DNA from: a virus
Lineage: Duplodnaviria; Caudoviricetes
Virus record (IMG/VR): IMGVR_UViG_3300033417_000005
Coordinates: 1 to 64,000 of that record
Strand: one strand, 5' to 3'
Length of the DNA stretch: 64,000 nucleotides
A model generated the notes under the pieces. That model was not told the DNA's origin and searched no databases. It saw only the letters and a list, made by a program, of their open reading frames with translations. How positions within the stretch are numbered: position 1 is the first letter of the stretch; every line of letters begins with the position of its first letter. Made by a program: the position numbers and the translations under genes. Of this stretch, positions 56,806 through 64,000 are shown piece by piece.

Positions 56806-57252
56806 TTAGCTGATTGTTGGCCCCCAATTAGGCGCCGCGCTTTTGGTGGCAGCACCAGCACCAGCACCAGCACCAGCACCAGCCGTTGCCTTAGGTGCTT
56901 TAGCCTTACGCGCGGCCTTGGCTTTGGGGGCTTTGCCTGTTAGGTACAACCCCATTTGCGGCGTACGGCCAACCACGCCCATGGCCCGCAGCGTTAGGCA
57001 AGCTACTTGGCTGGTGCCCGGTGCCAGCCATACTTGGGTGCGTGTAACCGCCTTGGCCGCGTTAACTGCCCCCTGCGCCTTTAAGTACGCCAACACGGCG
57101 GTTTGTGCCGCCAGTAGCTTGGCACTAGGCTTGGCCGTTAGCGTGCCTACCAAATCCAGCTGCTTGGCCGTAATGCCATTACCCGCCACCGTAGCCGCCG
57201 CCTTGCCTACAACCGCCGTACCCGTACCCTTACTTTGCTTTGCGTTAGCCAT
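56806..57252 (-). CDS. Basic Lys/Ala-rich winged-helix protein, likely first-expressed
   Basis: VLAYLKAQ...RTQVW...CLTLRAMG...LYLT; 1 Asp and 0 Glu; own promoter and terminator. Confidence 0.75.
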   Translation of the reverse strand: MANAKQSKGTGTAVVGKAAATVAGNGITAKQLDLVGTLTAKPSAKLLAAQTAVLAYLKAQGAVNAAKAVTRTQVWLAPGTSQVACLTLRAMGVVGRTPQMGLYLTGKAPKAKAARKAKAPKATAGAGAGAGAGAATKSAAPNWGPTIS

Positions 57253-57376
57253 TTTGCTAACCCCTATAGCAACGTGTGGTGCATGGCCAACCATAGCCAG
57301 CCCACAACAACCACGGCCAGCCCGCCGTGGCCAGCCCCACACACGGTTGGCCAACACAGCCAACCCACACACATAA

Positions 57377-57404
57377 AGTATAGCCTACCCCGCGGCTAGT
57401 GCAA
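57377..57404 (-). promoter_or_regulatory. Early-type promoter P4
   Basis: CCCC-TTGCAC-16-TATACT, also containing TAGGCT. Confidence 0.6.
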
Positions 57405-57948
57405 GGGGTACGCACAAAATTTTACAAAAAAGATTTTGGAAGTTTGGCATAAGGAATGCGTACCATAGTGTACGGCTATACAGTGTACACAATTACATCT
57501 AGGTATACAGCTGTGCACTACTGTACGGATGTACTTGGATTGGATTTGGCGGTTCGCGGCTGGTGCGGAGAATCGTGGTCTTGCCCCTACCCTACGTCGT
57601 GCATTTTTGGATCAAAATCTGCCCCTTAGCCACGTCGTGTATTCATGAGTCTTCGAATTGTAACGTCCTAGCGAAGCTATGTTACGTCCTTGGATCAAGA
57701 TCAGCCCATTTCACTCACTCTTTCGTTCACTGAGGGAAAAATTTGCTCCTATTTCGCGAGTCCTTGAAAATCTAGCGAAGCTAGCTCGAGCGAAATGAGG
57801 GACCGGTTGTGAGTTGTTTTTCACTAAAAAATCGCGATCTCGAAAATTTTCTCTCGTACCCGAGGGCTTTTTATAGTGTACGAATGTATACTGTTGTTGA
57901 ACCGAAGATTCTGTGTAAAATGGGGGTATTTACGCTCTGGAGCAAGGT

Positions 57949-58596
57949 ATGGCGAAGAAATTGAAGTTTCTATCTAAAGCTCACAAACAAGAGCTTCGGC
58001 ACAAGCAATACGCCGACGAGTACCTCGCCAACGGGATGAACGCTCTCAAAGCCGCCAAATCCTGTCGGTACAAAGGTCTCGGTCCTATCAACAGTTCTTC
58101 CGTAGTCGAGTACATCGAGGAGCAGTTGCAAAACCGCAGCGAACACAACATCCTCCGTAGACGTCAAATCATCGCCAAACTGCGCCGGGTCGTAGACTTC
58201 AACCTCATGTCGGCGATATCTGCTTCCAAACGCAAACGTGGATTCATAGAAATTACTCCGGAAGCTTATGATACAATAGCTGAGGAAATCGGGGATTGCG
58301 TAACGGAAGTAGAAACAGTCACAAAACAAAACGGAGACGTTGAAACTTCAATCGTGCGCATTAAACTGATGTCCAAGGAGAAAATGCTCGAACTCGAAAT
58401 GAAATACTTGGGCATGCTGGTTGAAAGACACGAAGTAGATCAAAGAGTCACCATCGACTGGGAGCAGCTCCTTGCGCCCACGGAACAGCTTAGGGAAATG
58501 GAAAACACGGTGGAAGGTCGGGTATTGGCCTACGAAACCCTAACGGCGGACGACCCCCACGGCGACGTCAACAAATCGCTCTTGGAGGACAAATAG
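57949..58596 (+). CDS. terS: Terminase small subunit
   Basis: YADEYLANGMNALKAA HTH; KEKMLEL...KYLGM; upstream of terL. Confidence 0.8.
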   Translation: MAKKLKFLSKAHKQELRHKQYADEYLANGMNALKAAKSCRYKGLGPINSSSVVEYIEEQLQNRSEHNILRRRQIIAKLRRVVDFNLMSAISASKRKRGFIEITPEAYDTIAEEIGDCVTEVETVTKQNGDVETSIVRIKLMSKEKMLELEMKYLGMLVERHEVDQRVTIDWEQLLAPTEQLREMENTVEGRVLAYETLTADDPHGDVNKSLLEDK

Positions 58597-58697
58597 CGCG
58601 AGTCTTCGAGCTTATTCCGAAGGACGTGACATAACTTCGTTAGGAACTCGTAATTGACAAGTGTGAATAACAACAACAACAAAAGCAGGAGACCGTC

Positions 58698-58811
58698 ATG
58701 CAAAAAGCATTAGAAAATTTTCTGTTTGGACTGTGTTTTGGGATGGGATTCCTTGTCGCGCAGGCGGTGTTGAATTTTATCGTGTCGCTGTTAGGTGGTG
58801 GGAGGACGTAA
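58698..58811 (+). CDS. 37-aa membrane peptide absent from the track
   Basis: AGGAG RBS; MQKALENFLFGLCFGMGFLVAQAVLNFIVSLLGGGRT. Confidence 0.6.
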   Translation: MQKALENFLFGLCFGMGFLVAQAVLNFIVSLLGGGRT

Positions 58812-58857
58812 CAATAGGCGCAGGTTTTTAGGGTAAAAAATCGCCTCGCGCCAAAAA

Positions 58858-60387
58858 ATGAGCGATCAGTGTAAAATCGTCGATCCCATTCGCTTCGCCA
58901 AGCTGCTGTGGCCTCACGTGACCTTTTACAGGGAACAGCGGGAGATCATCTACAGCGTAGCTAGGAATGACGAAACATTCTGCGTAGCTGGCAACGCCCT
59001 GGGTAAGGACTTCGTGGCGGCCTTTATCGCCCTTTGGTGGATGTGCTCACGTCGTCCCGCACGGGCGGTGACCACAAGCGTCAAGTACGAACAACTGAAT
59101 GACGTGCTGTGGGGTGAAATCCGATGGTTCCTTCGTACGGCCAAGTACCCGCTCCCAATCGAGTACACGCACAATTGCATTTATCAAGTCGACGGCAACG
59201 GAAAACGTCTTCCTAAAAGCGAACTCGTGGCTCAAGTGGCGGCGAAGGGCGAAGGTCTCCTCGGTCGTCACCTCCCGATGGTCCAAAACGTTCCAAGAAC
59301 CCTCGCCATATTCGATGAAGCCAGCGGCATTGACGACGTGACGTACAACTCATGCCTTACTTGGGCTCACACGCGCCTCGTAATCGGCAATCCGTGGCCC
59401 TGCACCAACTTCTTCTACAAGGGAATCAAGGAGGGAGATCAAAAGAGCACCACTCACGAAAAGCTCTGGCGCAGGGTGATCAAGGTGAAGGCCGAACACA
59501 GTCCCAACGTGCTGCTCGCCCAAAAGGAGATCAACGAAGGAAAGAAGCCTTCCCACACCATACTCATCCCAGGAGTCAAGTCGTACGCCGACTACGTAAA
59601 GCATCGGGCTACCTGGGACAAGATCATGCAGTGTATCGGTCTTGACGCTGAGTTCTATGAAGGGGCGGAGAACCTGATGTTTCCACCGGAATGGCTCAAC
59701 CAAGCCGAGATCAATGCCACGAATAGAACCCTAAGGCCCGACACTCGTAAGACCATGGGGGTAGACCCTGCCGAAGGAGGAGACGAGACGGTATGGACAG
59801 TAATCGATGAAACGGGAATACTAGAAATCCAGGCCCAACGGACAAGCGACACCACGCAAGTTCCGAATGTTACCCAAGCCCTGATTGTCAAGTACCGGAT
59901 AGAGCCGGAAGACGTGGTATTCGACCGTGGTGGAGGAGGCAAGGAACATGCGGACGTACTCCGCGCAAGGGATCTGGCCGTACGCACCGTGGCATTCGGT
60001 GAGAGCGCCAGCGCCCCCGACCGGTTCAGTAGATACCTGCGAGCTCCAGAACAGAAGGTTAAGGAAGCCGAGCACTTCTATGTGTACAAAAACAGAAGAT
60101 CGGAAATGTACGGCCTTTTACGCCTGTTCCTCAATCCCAATTCCGGGTATAATTTTAGCATCCCGGCTAGGTACGGCGAGCTTCGCAAGCAATTGAGTCC
60201 GCTGCCTCTGCTCTACGACGGAGAGGGTCGTCTGGCTTTGCCGCCGAAACGAATTGTGCAACAAAACAGCACCCGCCCGAGTATGACCAAGATATGCGGG
60301 GGAAGCCCCGATCATGCCGACAGCCTCGTGCTCGCTCTCTACTCCCTCGTGTATGAAGAGAATGCCTTTGAAGTTACGATGATGTAA
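58858..60387 (+). CDS. terL: Terminase large subunit
   Basis: GNALGKD Walker A; IFDEASG Walker B; GVDPAEGGDETV nuclease motif. Confidence 0.9.
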   Translation: MSDQCKIVDPIRFAKLLWPHVTFYREQREIIYSVARNDETFCVAGNALGKDFVAAFIALWWMCSRRPARAVTTSVKYEQLNDVLWGEIRWFLRTAKYPLPIEYTHNCIYQVDGNGKRLPKSELVAQVAAKGEGLLGRHLPMVQNVPRTLAIFDEASGIDDVTYNSCLTWAHTRLVIGNPWPCTNFFYKGIKEGDQKSTTHEKLWRRVIKVKAEHSPNVLLAQKEINEGKKPSHTILIPGVKSYADYVKHRATWDKIMQCIGLDAEFYEGAENLMFPPEWLNQAEINATNRTLRPDTRKTMGVDPAEGGDETVWTVIDETGILEIQAQRTSDTTQVPNVTQALIVKYRIEPEDVVFDRGGGGKEHADVLRARDLAVRTVAFGESASAPDRFSRYLRAPEQKVKEAEHFYVYKNRRSEMYGLLRLFLNPNSGYNFSIPARYGELRKQLSPLPLLYDGEGRLALPPKRIVQQNSTRPSMTKICGGSPDHADSLVLALYSLVYEENAFEVTMM

Positions 60388-60388
60388 T

Positions 60389-60688
60389 ATGGCTCGCTCA
60401 ACAAAAAACGAATGTTCGACACGAATCGGTGAAGAGATCGGGGTTGTCCGCGCCCCACGGGAGGTGATCGAACGGGTTATGCTCACTAGTATTACTCACC
60501 AGGGAAAGGCGGCGATCCTTCTTACGGAGAGTGAACTCAACGAGCTGATCCGGCTGCTCGGCGGCTACCACGGTCCCGACATGGCGTTGAAGAGGCAGTG
60601 GGTGGAAGATCTACAATCTCTCAACAAACAAACTTTCAAAAAACGAAAGAAGAAGGAAGCAAATCGTGAAAACTCAAATACGAGATAA
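60389..60688 (+). CDS. Hypothetical protein
   Basis: Between terL and portal. Confidence 0.55.
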   Translation: MARSTKNECSTRIGEEIGVVRAPREVIERVMLTSITHQGKAAILLTESELNELIRLLGGYHGPDMALKRQWVEDLQSLNKQTFKKRKKKEANRENSNTR

Positions 60689-62291
60689 GAAAACAGGTCG
60701 TTTTACTGATGACGGGAACGGGCATTATGGGATCAAGTTCGACTCGGCAAAGGAACTGCAACAATTCGAGGAGATTGTAGCAAATGCTCTGGTAAGCCGT
60801 CAAGAGTTCTTCAAGTCGTTCACTGATCCGAGAAGGGATATCGACGACGAATGCGGGTATCCTCGTACGGAAACCTTGGAGGTCGAAGACTACCGGGAAA
60901 TGTACGACAAGGAAAGCGTGGCTGCGCGAACGGTGAACGTGCTTCCCGAGGAGAGCTGGCAAGTACAGCCCCGAGTGTTTGAAACCGAAGACGTGGATAA
61001 CATAACTCCATTTGAGGAAGACTGGGCGGAGCTTCCCAAGTCGCTGCGAGGGAGAAGCTGGTATCAGGATGAAGAAGGAAACCCGGTATGGGAACTGCTC
61101 AAACGAGTAGACATCCTGAGTGGTATCGGTTCTTACGGCATCCTGCTGTTTGGTCTCGACGACCTCGACGTCAATCAGCCTCTGACGACCCCCGTTGCCG
61201 GTGTGGAAGAGATGATGGTTGATCCTGAAAGCAAAATATCTCCTTCGCGGCATAGGCTTCTGTTTGTAAGAGCATTCGATCAGTCCCTCGTACGAATAAG
61301 TCGCTTTAACACCGATCGGTCGCACCCTCGGCACGGATTGCCTGAGATTTATGCCGTAACGCTCAACGATCCTAGGAACAACGTACAAGGAGCGATCGGT
61401 ATCGACACGGCTACCGTTGACGTGCATTGGACCCGGGTGTTGCACGTCGCCGACAACCTCGGAAGCAGCGAAGTCTTTGGCGTCCCGCGTCAGCAGCAAG
61501 TATTCAATCGGCTGTACGATTTACGGAAAACCTACGGCGGCAGCGCCGAAATGTATTGGCGAGGAGCATTTCCCGGCCTCTCTATCGAATCCCATCCTCA
61601 ATTGGGAGCCTCAGTTTCTCTGAACAAAGATGCGATTCGCAGCCAAATGGAACAATACTTTAATGGACTTCAAAGATATCTGGCGGTGGTGGGGGCAAGC
61701 GTCAAGTCCATCGCTCCTCAAGTTGTGGAGCCGAGTAAGCATATCGACCAATACATCACGGCGATCTGCATCCTTCTCGGGGTTCCCAAGCGTGTGTTCA
61801 TGGGGACTGAACGTGGGCAGCTGGCATCCGGCCAAGACGACAAGACCTGGAATGACCGACTGATGAAAAGGCACAAGTCCTATCTTACGCCCAAGCTCAC
61901 TGTACCTTTCATAGATCGTCTTATCGCTTATGGGGTGCTGCGGGAACCGGAGGGATATAGCGTGGTATGGCCCGATCTCAACAATCTCACCGATCAAGAG
62001 AAAGCTGAAGTGGCCGGTAAACGAACCGAGAGCTTGGCCAAGTACGTGGCGGGCGACGTGGAAACCATCATCACTCCCGTCGATTATCTAGTTCGTATCA
62101 TAGGCTTCAGTCCGGAAGAAGCTCATGCCATCGTGGAAGCGGCGGAGGAAGCGGCCGAAGAAAAAGCGATTGAAGAGGGACGTGACAATGCTTTGCAAGA
62201 AGATGAAGTTCGTGTTAGAGGCTTCAATCCGGAAGATGAAGAAGGTGATGAAACAGGTGAAGAAGATGAAGATGAAGAAGATGAAGAATAA
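60666..62291 (+). CDS. Portal protein (DUF1073-like)
   Basis: VHWTRVLH; G.P; GVPKRVFMG; WPDL; position. Confidence 0.85.
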   Translation: MKTQIRDKKTGRFTDDGNGHYGIKFDSAKELQQFEEIVANALVSRQEFFKSFTDPRRDIDDECGYPRTETLEVEDYREMYDKESVAARTVNVLPEESWQVQPRVFETEDVDNITPFEEDWAELPKSLRGRSWYQDEEGNPVWELLKRVDILSGIGSYGILLFGLDDLDVNQPLTTPVAGVEEMMVDPESKISPSRHRLLFVRAFDQSLVRISRFNTDRSHPRHGLPEIYAVTLNDPRNNVQGAIGIDTATVDVHWTRVLHVADNLGSSEVFGVPRQQQVFNRLYDLRKTYGGSAEMYWRGAFPGLSIESHPQLGASVSLNKDAIRSQMEQYFNGLQRYLAVVGASVKSIAPQVVEPSKHIDQYITAICILLGVPKRVFMGTERGQLASGQDDKTWNDRLMKRHKSYLTPKLTVPFIDRLIAYGVLREPEGYSVVWPDLNNLTDQEKAEVAGKRTESLAKYVAGDVETIITPVDYLVRIIGFSPEEAHAIVEAAEEAAEEKAIEEGRDNALQEDEVRVRGFNPEDEEGDETGEEDEDEEDEE

Positions 62292-62592
62292 GAGTCTAAG
62301 ACTTCGGCAAGCCGCCGTTTTCGCTTACGTGCAAGGCACCCTCGAAGAATTAAGCGAGGCGCGCATGGTAGTTTTGGAAGGGGTGGAGCTGACCCCTTTT
62401 GGAAGAACGCTGTTTGAAGAGTTGAGGAGATGCGGCTTTAGTCCAACGGACGAAGAGATCAACGCGGCGTTTGCCACAGCTTATGCGGGATTTGCCGACG
62501 AGGAACAGTGGCGACTTGGGGCAAAGCTAGTACGAAACTGTAGAGACAACCCAAAGCTGATCGAGATGTATACGGCCTACAAATACAACTAG
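62281..62592 (+). CDS. Hypothetical protein
   Basis: ATG at 62281, overlapping the portal end. Confidence 0.55.
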   Translation: MKNKSLRLRQAAVFAYVQGTLEELSEARMVVLEGVELTPFGRTLFEELRRCGFSPTDEEINAAFATAYAGFADEEQWRLGAKLVRNCRDNPKLIEMYTAYKYN

Positions 62593-62607
62593 GCGAAAGC
62601 AGCAATC

Positions 62608-63402
62608 ATGCCAATCATGCGTTGTAAGAAAGAAGGTACGCTCGGCTGGAAGTTCGGCAGCGGCGGCAAATGCTACACCGGAGCCGGTGCCAAGGCGAAA
62701 GCAAAGCAGCAAGGCCGAGCGATACAAGCGAGCGGATTTGTCGATAACGCGAAACGAAGCAGCAATACAAACCTGCTACGCGCCGACCCTACTCGTAGCG
62801 CTGGTCTGCGCCGTAGGGCTCGTAGTAAGATAAAGAAGGCAATGGCCGATCTAGAATTTTCAAATTTACTCGGTCATTCCTCTGTCTATCTATTAAACGA
62901 CCCCATTACCAAAGCGTACACGAAAGGAGTTACCCGTTCGTTCGATCAAGTACGGTTATTCCAAAGTATCCATCACGAAATTGAACGTGAAGAGTTCATG
63001 CGGTTTGTGCCGTACAATTCAGCCATTCAAAGACTTCACGCTCGCGTTTCCAACGAGCTTCGAGGAATCTTTCAATCCTTGCAGCACATCCAAGTGCGTA
63101 CGGAAATTGAGGCCGAAGAGAAAGATCAATCAGAATCTAAGCAGCGAGCGATTCTGCGCCGAAGGATCAGAAAACTGCAAACCCGAGCTATGACAGTTGT
63201 GGATACGGAAATCGTGCGCGCCTTTGTACGAGGGCAGCTTGATGGCTTTGTACCTCTCCAAGTACAAAAGGTCAGGATCCGTCCGGAACAAGGATGCAGA
63301 GAGTGCGCCAAAGCATCCAAATCGGTGTTTACCCTCAAACAAGCTCAAGACGTTCTTCCACTCCATCCTCTTTGTCGCTGCATCTTCACACCCCATGACT
63401 AA
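62608..63402 (+). CDS. Head morphogenesis protein (SPP1 gp7/Mu F-like)
   Basis: CREC...LPLHPLCRC. Confidence 0.8.
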   Translation: MPIMRCKKEGTLGWKFGSGGKCYTGAGAKAKAKQQGRAIQASGFVDNAKRSSNTNLLRADPTRSAGLRRRARSKIKKAMADLEFSNLLGHSSVYLLNDPITKAYTKGVTRSFDQVRLFQSIHHEIEREEFMRFVPYNSAIQRLHARVSNELRGIFQSLQHIQVRTEIEAEEKDQSESKQRAILRRRIRKLQTRAMTVVDTEIVRAFVRGQLDGFVPLQVQKVRIRPEQGCRECAKASKSVFTLKQAQDVLPLHPLCRCIFTPHD

Positions 63403-63649
63403 AAACGGCCATACAAAAACCGAAGCTGCGATTTTCAACATGCTAAGCGACGGTCTGTCGCATAGTCGTAAAGAGTTGATGACCTGTTTGTGGGATGAAC
63501 TCGCCGGTCGTTGTTCGCTGCAAGTGCATATCTACAATCTGCGCAGAAAACTGCCTCCGGGGGAAGCCATTATCTGCACAGCTCGGGGAGGCACGTATGG
63601 GTATCAGCACGTGAGGCTTCTGCACAATCCGTATGACGGGAAGAATTAA
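63395..63649 (+). CDS. OmpR-like winged-helix protein
   Basis: SRKELMTCLWD...LQVHIYNLRRKL...RG..Y. Confidence 0.7.
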   Translation: MTKNGHTKTEAAIFNMLSDGLSHSRKELMTCLWDELAGRCSLQVHIYNLRRKLPPGEAIICTARGGTYGYQHVRLLHNPYDGKN

Positions 63650-63715
63650 ACGCATTCGGTTAAACTCTCTAGTATTCCCTTGCAGATAGAATCTTCAATG
63701 ACTAGATTGAGGGGC

Positions 63716-64000
63716 ATGCTCAATCTAACGGTAAACCTCGTCGGCAAAGCGCGCCGCGCCACCTTGCACGGAAGGGAATACCTCGTAGCTCCCGCAGTCA
63801 TGATTGTGCCGGGAGTGCTCGACGGCAGCAAGGGTCCCCTCCTCTACGAGCTCGAAGAGATTAGGAACAGCACTCCTCGGTGGAACTACATTCCTATCAC
63901 GTATAACCACCCGTTTGACGAGCAAGGGCAGGCGATCAGCGCCCGCAGCCCTGGAGTTCTCGACAAGATAGGACTGGGAGTGGTGCTCAACTCTCACACG
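63716..64000 (+). CDS. Prohead protease/DUF2213-like protein, 3'-truncated
   Basis: Open from ATG at 63716 to the window end; GREYLVAP and PITYNHP. Confidence 0.7.
   Translation, partial: MLNLTVNLVGKARRATLHGREYLVAPAVMIVPGVLDGSKGPLLYELEEIRNSTPRWNYIPITYNHPFDEQGQAISARSPGVLDKIGLGVVLNSHT

Larger units (their letters stand above)
1..64000. mobile_element. Tailed dsDNA phage genome segment (siphovirus-like, circularly permuted; major capsid gene outside window)
   Basis: Terminase, portal, head morphogenesis, tail tube, chaperone frameshift, tape measure, Pol A and primase are all present. No bacterial housekeeping genes or integrase seen. Confidence 0.95.

Noticed and set aside
58984-59012. Deviant terminase Walker A (GNALGKD)
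   Set aside because: Within the normal variation of terminase large subunits.
60666-62291. Anti-CBASS Acb1 label sometimes given to DUF1073 proteins
   Set aside because: Size and position after terL indicate a portal.

Overview
The whole window is one tailed dsDNA phage segment, siphovirus-like and circularly permuted. It opens inside a virion decoration gene and runs through neck, tail tube, chaperone, tape measure and tail-tip genes (to about 16.7 kb). Next come a matrixin-like protease and a glycan-tailoring cluster (17-24 kb) and the replication/recombination genes, including family A polymerase and csrA (24-38 kb). These are followed by a 5-hydroxymethyluracil hypermodification cluster (38-46 kb), small leftward early genes (47-53.5 kb), a probable genome-end region (55.5-57.9 kb), and terminase, portal, head morphogenesis and the start of the prohead protease. 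No integrase, tRNA, cas gene or host gene was recognised. Main signals: (1) Two solitary CRISPR repeat-spacer-hairpin units without cas genes. Each spacer nearly matches the phage gene just upstream, behind a GTC or GTT PAM (type I-D-like), suggesting use of the host Cascade against sibling phages or for self-regulation. (2) Islands almost devoid of TC/GA dinucleotides over promoters and one early gene. That gene is a D/E-free paralog of another winged-helix gene, which fits context-specific DNA hypermodification. (3) A thymidine hypermodification pathway that seems to use glycosyltransferases in place of the usual amino acid:DNA transferase. (4) A 24-bp motif in about 22 copies, read in different frames inside genes. 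(5) A GGA-hairpin element shared by the csrA leader and a structural-operon sORF. Protein calls come from motif recognition by eye, with no database searches.
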